From Tubulanus polymorphus (taxonomy: Eukaryota > Animalia > Nemertea), in the NCBI RefSeq assembly GCF_964204645.1, contig NC_134031.1:19041910-19105909 (forward strand): DNA of 64,000 bases, given 5' to 3'. Numbering within the stretch: the stretch's first letter is position 1; the number at the start of each line of letters is the position of its first letter. The position numbers and the translations under genes were made by a program. The notes below the pieces were generated by a model, which made no database searches, was not told where the DNA came from, and saw only the letters and a program-made list of their open reading frames with translations. Positions 34,748 through 47,900 of this stretch are shown one piece after another.

Positions 34748-37663
34748 ATGGCCGCTTTCGGTGCTCTCGCGAAATTTTCGCCAGCGAAAAAAGCTCTCAT
34801 TCAGCTAAACCAGGTACAATTTATTCATATTTGACAAGCCATGAAACGGGCAGTTATTTGATGATTAAGGAATTCCAATTTTGCGGTTTTTTTCATGTGG
34901 GTAGGGAATTTATGTGCGCTTGAATCTATAGAAAATGTTTGACCTTCTGAAAAAACACAATCCATCCAAGGACAAGGTCGTAGAAAAATAAATATTGCGA
35001 CGTCACCTTTAATTCTTTGGCAATTACTAGATTTGCTTCATAGTTAAAAGTGAAACGTTAATTTGTCTTACGAATTCTCAAAATATCACTTTTCCTCCAT
35101 CCTCTGCACTGCAGCTGACCTTTTCCCTAATTTGGTTGGTGACTTGTTGAGACGTTTGCACCCATTCCCAGCCCCCCCCCCATGCGCCAGGGCACCTTGC
35201 TATGCTTAGAAAATAGTTAATTTCAACAATTTTTGAAATTTTCAGGTACGATGTGCTGCTACTGCTGCTGCAGCTGTGGCTCCAAGGATGAAGAAGTTTC
35301 AAATTTACAGATATGTAAGTTGTTGACAAGCTGTCCTGCTGACGGATACTTCTTACATCGCGTAGTTACGCAAGCACCAACCTCAGCTGTTCTAACTTTA
35401 GATTGAATCTTGTTAAAGTGAAATCACTTGATATTTTATTGTTGTTTTCAGAATCCAGAAAAACCCGGAGATAAACCTCACGTACAAACATTTGAAATTG
35501 ATTTGAATTCGTAAGTATTATCAAAAGCGAGGTGGCACCACTGACCTGAAAATTAAAGGCATAGAAAGAATTGAGTACAAAAAACCATGGGAAATTTTAG
35601 GGAATTTGATAAATTTTGCCAAAAACCTGGAAAACGCAGGGAATTCACTATATGTGATTAAATGAAATCTCGAAATTTCTCTGATTCACTGTTCACTTGG
35701 AAAAATCATGGAATTCTTAGCGGGTGGGATTTGGGTCTAAAGTTTCGAGTTGAGTTAATCAAGCTGCTGATATCAAGTAACAGTGAGTAAATGTTTGATA
35801 TTTGCTCTCTCTCTCTCTCAGGTGCGGTCCGATGGTTTTGGACGCGTTGATAAAGATAAAAACCGATTTGGATCCGACTCTGACGTTTAGACGATCTTGT
35901 CGCGAAGGAATTTGCGGATCTTGTTCGATGAATATCGCCGGTTCGAACACACTCGCATGTTTGGCGTAAGTTTCTATTTACCAGGGGCTGCAGTTGCTCA
36001 AAAAGAGGTTGAAAATAATGAAATACCATTGTGTAACAATGAACTGTGAATTGTCACAACTATGTTAATTATCTATTGGTTAACTAATCTGTAGGGACCC
36101 TGCTAGAGTAATTGGGATTCGGTATCAAAGTCCAAAAAGTCTGAAAACTTCATTAAAAGTCTTTAAATTCTGGAATGACTGATTTGTAGGGACCCTGTTA
36201 ACTCTTACAAACTGTTGAGCACCTGGTCCCCGATCTTTTGAGTGAGAATTGACGGATGTCTCATTTTGCTATTTTGCTTTTTCAGTGAAATTGATCAGAA
36301 TTTAAGCAAAACGACAAAGATATACCCCCTTCCTCACATGTATGTGATTAAAGATTTAGTTCCGGTGAGTTAGAAATCAACGGACTGAAAATTGTAGTGA
36401 TTTCTGAGGATCTTAAGTTAAGACCTGAGTTAGATCTGACTCGGTGGTCATTCATGAAATGCTTTAAGCTTGAAAGGGTCGGTAATAAGTATTTTGAGGT
36501 TGATTTCAAAATTCCGTTGGTAATAAGTATTTCGAGGTTGATTTCAAAATCCTGTTAGATGTGGAGGGACAAATAATGAACGTGACATCATTTTGAAAGA
36601 TATTCCTTATTTCAAGATCAGAATGAACTATCATTTTAATGGCGAATCTCGATGAAACATCAGTTCAGTTTGGCGTTCGTGTTTTGTGTACGTGTTTTCT
36701 CGTTGACAGGATATGACAAATTTCTACGCTCAGTACCGATCAATTGAGCCGTACTTGAAGAAGAAAGACGTCAGCGAGGAGGACATCGGTAAAGAGCCGT
36801 ATTCACAAACTCCGGAGCAGCGAGCGAAGTTAGACGGTTTATACGAGTGTATCCTGTGCGCTTGTTGCAGTACGTCGTGTCCAAGTTACTGGTGGAGCGG
36901 AGATAGGTATCTCGGACCAGCCGTTCTCATGCAGGCTTACAGGTCAGTGTGTTTTCCCCCCTGGTAAATTACATAAATACCATGATTTGAGCTGTAAAAG
37001 AAGTTGTGTATCCGATGAAATTTGGCTGTCTTCAATTTATCACTCTTTAATGTATATATCACTTAGAGCCATTCAATTTTACTGATTATGGCTACACAGT
37101 CAGCCCCCGATATACCGTCCACATCGGTGCAGAACAATATTGGTGGTATAGAGAGTATAGTGGTATATCCGGGGGCGTTTTACTATGTATTTGTATAGAG
37201 TTGAGAAAACCTGGTGGTATGGGGGGGTGGCGGTAAATGCGAGGGCGGTTTATCAGGGGTTGGCTGTATTTACAATGAGAGGCTGAGAATAACTAACTTA
37301 CATCCTTATTGATATGAAATCGTGAATGCGAGAAATGTTGAATATGAATTATTTTGTGTTAATAGATGGATGGTTGATAGTAGAGATGATTACACGTTGG
37401 AGAGGATGAGAGAAATGGAAGATAAATTCTCGCTCTATCGGTGCCATACAATCATGAACTGTACAAAAACATGTCCTAAAGTAAGTAGTTTAAGAACAAA
37501 ACCAGGAGGGATGGTTCCACTCGGCGTTAACATCATTTGTTCTATTGAGATAAAAATCTTCTCAATCAAATTATTTCTATTCGCTCCTATTTTCTTCCAG
37601 GGATTGAATCCCGGTTTAGCGATCGGTGAAATCAAAAAGATGCTGGCCACGACCTCTCATTAA
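34748..37663 (+). CDS. SDHB: Succinate dehydrogenase iron-sulfur subunit, 8 exons
   Basis: Transit peptide; [69 protein letters not shown]. Confidence 0.97.
37097..37266. mobile_element. Tc1/mariner-like MITE in SDHB intron
   Basis: TIRs cagtcagcccccgatataccg ... cggtttatcaggggttggctg followed by TA. Confidence 0.55.
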
Positions 37664-38936
37664 AACGGAACGGAGAGAACTTTCGAGGCGATATTTCGGA
37701 AATTGCGCGCGCATCATCGGTTTCGGCGCGACCGAGGCATTGCATTGCCGTAAATGTTGTTTCAAGTATATCACTAGGAAACGTTCGATATAGAAGGAAT
37801 AAACTTTTAAAAATTTCTTGCAAGGTTTTACCATAACAAGTAGTTAACTGTACAGATGAACTTCAGTCAAGTCTACATAGCTGCCAACAAGTGATCAGTT
37901 ATAACTTATTATTAGTGAGCAGAAGGGGATCAATCCAGAAGCAACCAATGTCTTAGGAGCAAATTTTTTAACGAGTCCTAAATGGGTAGTTTGATATTTA
38001 TAAAAGCAATAATTATGTGTACACCCTCACTATCATTGCACCATTTTTCTTTGTTGATGAAAAAAAATCACACTCAAAAAAGAAGAATTGTGCATCTTTC
38101 AGGGTTATTGAATTGGAAATACAAATAGGGACCCAAAAATATTTGAAATACCCAAAAAATAGAGATAACTTCCGAAATATGTCTACTTATCAGTTGATGA
38201 CTTGACTGCGAGTTCTACTGTAACGTCAATAATTTCCTATTTCAAAATGATTTTCAAATAGACTGTATATTTGTGCTATCCATGTGAAATAGAACACTGC
38301 TTTATCCCGATACTGTAATCTTAACCACTGAGTTTTATTTATTTATTTACACTGATAGATAGTAACCACATATTGTAAATACACAGAAATAGACAATTTT
38401 GCTTCCGTTTACATTTTGTATTGAAATGTAGTGCGTTAAACTTGTATGTGAAATTTTTTTTGTCAGAATTGATAAATGACCTGGCTGAGATATTTATGGA
38501 TATTGCTTGTACATTAGTTTTCCTGTGTAATCAATAAACAAGTAATCGTTATATGTTAAAATATTTCTTTAGTTGTTGGTTTGATTGTATTCCCACAAGT
38601 TGTGGATTAGGTCATGTAAGCGTCGGTGCTGACTTAGTAGGTGGTTTTTCAACAGAACGTGAACTCTTGATAAAAGGACTTACATTGTTGGGAGAGCTAA
38701 AGATAGTAAGAATCCGTAAGAACTAAGAGGGCAGCACTGTACGGTTAACGCTGTTCACTCATTTCCATTCCTACTGTGGCAGTGCAGCAGTATTTTCGTT
38801 TTCGACCGCTAGGATGGCAGCACCAAACGGTCAGCTTTTATAGATCATAGCTGTCAAATTTGAGGAGAGAATCGGGACCAAAGTTTGAAATGCGGAATAT
38901 CTGCTGCGATGAAAGTTAATAGGAGGCATTTTAGCG

Positions 38937-41900
38937 ATGGACCGCCGTATAGGTATGAGATATACTTAGAATTATTAGTCACTCTGTTCTTTTGTTTTAT
39001 TCTTGTTGGATATCTTGTAATTCCTGTTCTCACACTATGGCTAATACTTAAAATGGTCTGAAGCCGAAACGTTCTTGCGCAAGAAATATATAGTTTACTC
39101 TTCTATTCAAGTTTCTCTTTTTGGTTGCATTCATTGTGGGATTTCTCGCGTTTATAAACTTTGAATACTTCTTATTAGAAATTGATTTCAATTGTACTGA
39201 AAGTTGAGTTGAATTCACAATTCCACTTTCCAAAATTAGCAAAACAGGTCTGACTATTGTAGTAGAATCACGCGGATGGCACAGAATCATATGACATAGT
39301 TAACCCAGTTTCTTCTGACTCTAATTTTTTAATAAGTGGTCCTTTTATTAAATCATTTATGGCTTAACTTAGTCATTAACCTGTCTGTGGTTTAGTTTCA
39401 CGATCGGATATTTTCACATGGTATAAGCCCATCCGATTAAAAAAAGCTTACCACCAACGATTAGGTAACTAACTAGGCTTAACTTTGCAGTGAGGGGCTT
39501 ATGACGGCTGGGGGGTTGGAGTTGAAAATCAAGGCTGTCCTTCTCCCCTTGTAGTCTAGAACTTCATGAGTTCAGTGTACTAGCACTAGAAGGAAATCAG
39601 CAACCTGTTAATCTTTCTTTAGTTCGTGTGAAAATATTGACATTGACCTCAATGTTTTCATTTCCTTAGTATATCTTATCATATCAAATTGTAGGAAATT
39701 TGATAATTTTTTTAAGTCTTCAAATGCTGATAACAGAAACTCTAAAACTAGCTGAACTGTCGTCTACAACGTCGTGTTCTTATATTTTAGATTGTATCAA
39801 TAAATAAATTCTCGATTTTAGAATTCTTTTAATTTGTAAATCGTGGGTTTTGATCTTATTATCTGTTAACCACGTTTGAGTATGGTTATCGTACTATCTA
39901 GCTGTTGTTCCTCAGGACAGTATTCAGACAAGCTGAACTGATATGTGTATGGTTATATTTCAGATGATAATAACTCATTGATGGATGGCCAGTTGTCTCA
40001 AATAAACCTCACAACTACAACAACATTAAACCCGGGCACTGATGAACATTTAGTACGTATAAAAATCTTTCAATTGAATATATGTAGAAATAGAACTGAA
40101 TTATAGCACTGAAAATATATGAACTTTTTTACTGCAACATTGTTCAGTATAAGTTGCTAGAATAATTTGATAGTTAGCCAGAAAATGTTCTTGTTTTGGC
40201 TGCCCTTTGAAGTCATGCACCTCCTTTGATATACCTACATAGAATTCATACCATTCTTGTTCACATTTCTTACATGACAAATTCATCCTCCACAAAAGTT
40301 ATATATGGATTCATCAAACCTTTCTATGATCTAACAAACTAAACTTGTAGCCCGAAAAATTTACATCATCGTCGTCCACTTGCAGGAATGTAAAGGCTAC
40401 GCTGAAAATAAATGCAAGAGAGTTTTGTATTATATTTTGGTGGTTTTATCATGTGGAATATTATTACTGATCATGCATTGGAAACCAGAATGGAAACTAA
40501 AACTAACCAAATCACTGTGTCCTCTTGTTTACGCCGATGCAGTTCTTCTGAAGGTAATAATCACAGTCACTGTTTCCTCGGAATTTTCTAGGGCGATGAG
40601 TAAGTTATGTAACTTAGTCAAAATGCTGACACCAATTATCTGTACCTGATAATTTGGTCCTTTTACGTTTACGTGATGAAACAAATTTTTTGATTCAAGA
40701 CTTGAATCTTCAACGTTTCAAGAAAACTGATGAATTCCGTAATTCATTGAGGTCTATTTTCTACTATTTCTACCGAGAAATTAAACTTATGTTTTGTCGG
40801 AATTGATGAAAAAATTAATATCTGTTTGAGTAGATATAGTGAGATGAGTACGACTCGTCTGAATACAGTAATTTACGTGGAATGTAAATTTTATTTTGTT
40901 AGGATCAGTATGGAACGCTACAGACTGAAGATATTATCAGTGTTTCTGAAGATGGAAAAAGGTACAGCCTTTGTTTATTAATCATTAAATTCATGCACAA
41001 TTTATTCAAAACATAAAACAAACAAAAAACGTGTCCTTCTTTGTTTCATTTTCGTAGGCTTCCAAACTCCAAAGATAATCTGAATTCGGACAGCAGCTAT
41101 AATGACACTACCGCTCTGCTTGAAGAACATACAGTGAGTCGATTCTCTCCAAAACACCCCTAATAATCGCGAGAAAAAATCTGAAAGCAGTTGAAGAGTT
41201 TATCAGCTATATTTGTGAAGTAGTTGATGTATATATTTGGCAATTTATAGATATTCATTCTCGATTGAAATGAGAATGGAGGCATTACTTTTCATAGAGT
41301 ATTAAATTTTTGCCTTTGGTTTTGCGATTACGTACTGAGCGCACGGTGCATGCAAATTTAACCCGAGTAATCTTATATCTGAAACCTGTGACCACGTTTG
41401 AAACATGTGTTCGCAGACAAATGCGGCGCAATAATCAATTCGCGTCTATTGTATTCATCAAACCGGAGTTTATTGAACGATTTTATGAATTTCGATCCAC
41501 CGGGCACACGATGATTGTTACTGACCTGATTATTTTTTCTCAAATTATAGACTAAAAAGAATTATCGTACTGCGCATAACGTAAAGAACAACGCGGTTGC
41601 TTTTGAATCCTCGTCTAAATTTGTAATTCGTAAAAAACTGGTAAAATTTATCATATCGAGATGAATATTCAATTCGCTTCGATAGCAGTTCTAATTGATT
41701 TTGGTGATTTTTTATTTAACTATTTCTTAAACTGGACCCTGTTCCACAGTTGTAAATCAAGATTTGACTCTTGCATTAAAAGAAACATTGAAAATTAACT
41801 AATTCTATCTCTAACTCACAGGACCTTGGTTGTTTTATTTAACCAATCTTCATTGGCAGACGAAATGTATTTATATTGCACTTAAAACTAATACTGTGCC

Positions 41901-44900
41901 TACAGTGCCGGCACAGCAGTACCTTGAAAATTCTAAGTAATAGAAACCACAAAAATTCTGGATTCCCTTCAAATATTCTGAACCCACCCCTGGATGGAAT
42001 CGTATCTTTTTATTACTTATAGCCTTCAGCATTACCCTCCCTTTCTGGGCCCTCTCCCTCTTTCATCATCTAGAGGGTAAACCCTAATTATCTGGGGTTG
42101 TTTCACCAACACTCTGAATAGGATTGAATCGGTACCAGGGCTGCAACTTAAGCTTTGAATTATCGAGAGAACTGTGGCATGTAGGATTTTTATCAGGATT
42201 TGAGCATAATAGCAATATGGCAAATGGGTGTTTATTTAAATATGGTTTTAGAATTTTAATTCATGGTATTTAGGTTTTCACGAAATGCATGAAAAAAAAA
42301 AATCCTATGAAATATCCATGAATGACTGAATCTCGTTCGACCTCCTTTTTGAGGCTTTGAATAATTTTATCTAAAATTTCGTACCTATGTTCATATGTCT
42401 AAAATGTGAATTGTTTTATCTTTCTTCATTTTACAATAGGACCAATTTCTGCGATATTTCGACCATCATCGAGTTCGCTACATTTGGGAAGATGATCTGA
42501 TGACTTTTAAACGACTCAAGTATGTGAAAACCTGCCTCAATTTCTTAGAATCGCTGTATCCATGATGAAGATGAATTGTGATTTTAAATGACCTTCGTTT
42601 TGATTTTGTTTATTTTCAGAGGGTTGGACGAGAATATGAAATGTTCGTCGTTCTATGAAAACTGTCCCGGTTTAACTGCGTCTGTGCAAGAACAGAAGTT
42701 ATTGATCTACGGAGGAAATCGAGTCGACATTGAAGTGAAATCATACTTCTGGCTTTTCATACAAGAGGTAGAAAATTGCAACATGGGTTGGGAGATGGAG
42801 GGGAGGCCGGATGAGCAGGGGGTCGGGTGGGTTGACAGATGGGGGAGGAGGATGTGGCCTTCGATGTATAGTAATTTCTGAATAAGATTTTAAATCTGAA
42901 ACGTTGTTGGAATGGTGCCCTAGTTGAATTTAGTGTCACACTATCAGTTACCTATATCGGGAAATTAGGGCCATCGTGTAAAATGTATCACATGAGATAA
43001 ATATTTATCATAATATTGAATGTATTTAACTATTGGCTGCTCGGGTCAATAACATCAGATAGAGCTCTAACATTAGATAGATAAAAACTTTTAATCGCTT
43101 AAGAAATCATATATTTCTCATATTTGACTTTATGTTAAAAGTCATATTTCTCAGTCAAATGTATACGGTATTCAAATGATCTACACCACATTGTCCCCCC
43201 CCCCCCATAATGTACCCTTATATTTTGATATGTTTCTTTAGAGCTAATTTCATTCTCATTTATTTATTACAGGTTTTGAATCCATTCTATATATTTCAAA
43301 TATTCAGTGTTGTTCTGTGGGCGTTGGATAACTATTACTATTACGCCGGGTGTATTGTGTTTATATCGGCCGTTTCTATAGGAATATCTCTTTATGAAAC
43401 CCGCAAGGTGAGCATCCAGTCCTTCGCTCAAAACTAACTCGTCTTAGTTCAGCACAGATTCTAAAGCTTTCTAAGCCACCATGGACCCAGTTCCACAGTT
43501 GTGAGTTAAGATTTGACTGAGAGTTTGAAACTCATTGAAAGTGAACTAATTTAACTTTAACTCACAACTGTGGAACTGGATCCATAGTTCTATGGTTAGT
43601 TAGTTACCTAATCATTGATAGTAAGGTTTTATAATCGGATGGGCTTATAACAATGTGCGATATTTGAAAATATCCATTTGTGAAACTACTGAGCTGCAGA
43701 CAGGTCACTGACTAGGTTTATAGTTTGTGAAACTAGATCCTGAATTGCTCAGATTACTTTATTTTTTAAACAATCTTAGGAAAAAACTTGGCAAAACTGT
43801 TTATCACAGAATTTTGATGGTATTTTAGTTTTATGGCTCATAATAATAATAATAATGACTGTTTAATCGATTGTATTCAGCAAAGCGTTACGTTGAGAGA
43901 TATGGTGAAATCACCGGATGAATCATTGTTGGTATCTCGCGGCGACGGCACGTTTGAATCGACCAGTACGTCTCGTCTCGTGCCCGGTGATGTGATTATT
44001 ATACCGCAGCAAGGATGTGTGATGCAGTGCGATGCCGTCCTCGTTGCCGGCAACTGCATCGTTAATGAAAGCATGTTAACAGGTAAAATCCATGTCTGTT
44101 TGAGGAATTGAATTGTGTGTGACGAACCAGTAGGTGAAACACAGTGTGACTTCAAGCACTGACAAATTTCTACTTAGCGCAAAACTGACCACAAACAATC
44201 GAAAAGAGAATCAATAGGATACTTAATTGATTCATTGCACATGATCATCACGCATCAGTTACTTTTTGTGGATAGCTTCCCAGCACCCGCTTCTGCAATC
44301 TCGATATAATTTGACTTCATATTTTGACTTCAACTGAAGTTATTGGCCATTCTGAGGGTCTGGTTTCACTATAGAATATTGAAATTCCCGGTAGTTTTAT
44401 GTTTTAACCCTAGCGTTTTTTGGCTGAGAACTATGGAACCTGGTTATTTGTGGTGAACTAAACATTTGGAATAAATAAAATTTCAACGGATGATATTTGT
44501 AATTTTCAGGCGAAAGCGTTCCGGTAACGAAGACCCCGCTGCATCACGATGAAGAGATCTACAATCCCGATATTCACAAACGACATACGTTATTCTGCGG
44601 TACTCACATCATACAAACACGTTACTACGGACAATCGAAGGTCACAGCAGTAGTCGTTCGAACAGGTATCGAAATAAAACTCTTCCCGCGGTTATAGGGT
44701 TGAAACCTGGCGCTGGTTTCATGAAACGAAATTTTTCTCTGATTTCTCATTATTAAGAATACAACAATACGATGCATTTTCCAGGATTCTCTACGGCTAA
44801 AGGCGACCTCGTACGAGCGATTCTATTCCCGAAACCGATGGATTTTAAATTCTACGAAGATTCGCTTCGATTTATCGGATTTCTGGCGTTGATCGCGGCG

Positions 44901-47900
44901 TGCGGGATGATTTATACAACAATAATCCTAATCCGTAACGGGGTAACCGTCCGTTTTACCGACATTCCCGATCTAGATTCGGCCGTGAAATGAAATAACT
45001 GTCGATTGCTGTCTGTGTTTTTAGGTGACTGTTTATAAAGTAGTAATGCGCGCGTTGGATATAGTAACAATCGCCGTGCCCCCGGCGTTGCCTGCGGCGA
45101 TGACAGTCGGCACGGTATACGCGCAGAATCGCATGAAAAAACAGAACATTTTCTGCATCAGTCCGCCGCGAATAAACGTCTGCGGAAAATTGAACGTCAT
45201 CTGTTTTGATAAGGTTAGTTGTTGATGAGGGTTAACTGCGGTGTGTCGGTGTTAGGTGAAGGAGTTGTACGAATTTAATTCGTTTGATATTCAATTTCAG
45301 ACTGGGACACTTACTGAAGATGGTTTGGATTTATGGGGAGTTGTTCCTACTGAATCTGCTGAGTAAGTTACTAGAGTACACACCCGTTTCAAGTTACATA
45401 TAACACGGTTCTTCGATTGAAAACCGGCTCTTGAAACTCGAGCAATTTTCCTGTTGTGAATGAACTGTATTTTCTATGAAAGGTTTTCGTCGGTTATTAT
45501 GAATATAAGTCACATGACCCGCGGGCCTTTCCTGGCCGCCATGGCGACGTGTCATTCGTTAACAATGATCGACGGTGAGCTCACCGGGGATCCTCTCGAT
45601 CTGAAGATGTTCGAAGCCACTCAATGGGTATGTCAATTTCTGGTTGTTTGTTTAGTTGTTGTTTAAGCACTGACCTCTAATAATCCCCAGTCTTTAATAT
45701 TAACTGGTTTTATTACGGTATATGAATATTCATTAACTTTACCTCATCTGAGACCTGTTCAATGGTCCTTACATATATATCTATATATTCTGGTAACTCA
45801 TTCAACGATAACTGTCTAAAATCCCTGTATTCAAACCTAATTTATTGTCTAACTCATAAGCAGGTTTATTCATTCTAACTGAATCGTGTTTCCTGAGGGG
45901 TTTTAAAATTGGTTTTGCTGTTTTCTCTTATGAAGTGTCGGGTTTGTTAACCTTCCTAGGTATATGTGTATCCAGCTGTATTTAATTTCACAAACTCACA
46001 ACCGTTCTTATTTCTAGTTCGAGCACTGAATCTTAAACACCAGAAGCCTCTGTTCTGGACCTAAGTCTACAGAATTTTGAAATATCAGAACATGGAATTA
46101 TTTCAATATTCAACAAAAGCCACAAGTATGGAACTGGATCCATATTTAAACCCACTAGTGGAACTAGTTCCAGAATTAGACCAACTGTGGGCCTGGGTTC
46201 AATTTGAACTCAGGGATTTTGGATTCACGCTGGTGTTTGAGAATCTACGTAATGTTAAACGTTTCGTACAGGTTTTCGAGGAACCGGGTGAAGAAGTGAC
46301 ACGTTTCGATAGTCTAGTTCCTACTGTAGTCAGTCCACCCGGTGAAACACTAAACATCGATTCTATCGACGAAAATAACTTCCAGGTGAAAATAACCAAC
46401 TACCATTCTAATCGTAATACATACATTCTGCTCCTATCAATCCTGCTTGAAACCTCTCCGATCAAAATCACTTTCTAATTCTCTAATCTATGTAAGTAAT
46501 CTAAGAAAACTATGATTTAGCCGCTAAGCGAGAATCTTTGCCCGGTGTTGTGCATGCGCTTCGCCTATGATTGGATTATGATTTCTGAATCGACGTTTCA
46601 AAAATTGCGGACATTTTTTATGGCAGGTCCTTCAAGAGCCCGGTCGTGACAGTTCCAAATATGACATGATAGCACCAACCGTAGTGATGCCTTGCACTAA
46701 AGATACATTCGCATCTGAGCAAATTGCAGATGATGAAAATCAGGTGAAATGATTGATTACTCCTAAAATTCATATTGATTGCGCTTCCTTACCTGTGGCC
46801 AGTTTTTTATAGTGCCGGGTTCAAATTTGACTCTAGGTTTGCAACATTGGCAATAAACTCCTTTTCACTGTAGAGTCAGATTTAAACAGTACTGTAAAAT
46901 TGGTTCCTGCATTTTCTAATGATACAGCCTCAAATGAATCCCTGAATACGCCTTTATCAATAAATTTGAGCTATCAATGTTTGTGCCTATGGGTCAATTT
47001 TTATTTTATAAACAGGACCTCTGATAATGGCCCCATGTTTAAAATGGATCTTCGTCGAGATTTTCAATTTGGAAATATTTTGAGAGTTAGTTTGATTTTC
47101 AGCCGCCGTATGAGATCGGTATCGTTCGTCAATTCACGTTCACGTCTGCTCTTCAACGTATGAGCGTCATCACTCGAACTCTAGGTCAAGGTCATATGGA
47201 TCTGTACGCGAAAGGCGCCCCGGAGAAAATTGCGTCTTTGTGCCTGAAACAAACCAGTGAGTCCTCAGTTTCGGAAAACCGTGTCAAATATTTCATCGAA
47301 ATGATACGGCTCGTTAAATGTCTGTTTTTCTATTCGTTTAGTTCCGGAAAACTTCCATAATATTTTACAACAGTACACGATGCAAGGATTTCGAGTAATA
47401 GCAGTCGCCTGGAGACCGTTAGATCAAAAACTGAGTTGGCATCAAGCGCAGCGTATAAATAGGTAAGATAACTGTACGATTGATGGAATGATAAAGAGCA
47501 ACGGATCTAGGAAAAATTGGAAGATGGGGGTCGTGCGCATTCCATGGATAAGCAGCCACATCGGAAAACACAAGCGGGGTTCCACCATTGGGTGTTTAGG
47601 AAATTTTGAGGGAATACAACCGAAAAGGGGCAATATAGAGAGAATCCCACGATGGTAATGAAAATAATATAAAGTCTGAAAATGTTACCGTGAACTAGTA
47701 GTTTATTCAACTTTTCGACTATATGCTAATAGTCATCTTCAGGAATATAAGGCAAGGGTCCAGACCATAGATCTGTTCATGGTAATGTGATTTGATAATT
47801 CGAAATTTACAGGATTTTTCTGTGTTATTGTATTTTCAGGGATCAAGTCGAATGTAATTTAGAGTTTTTAGGATTGATCGTGATGCAGAACACTTTGAAA

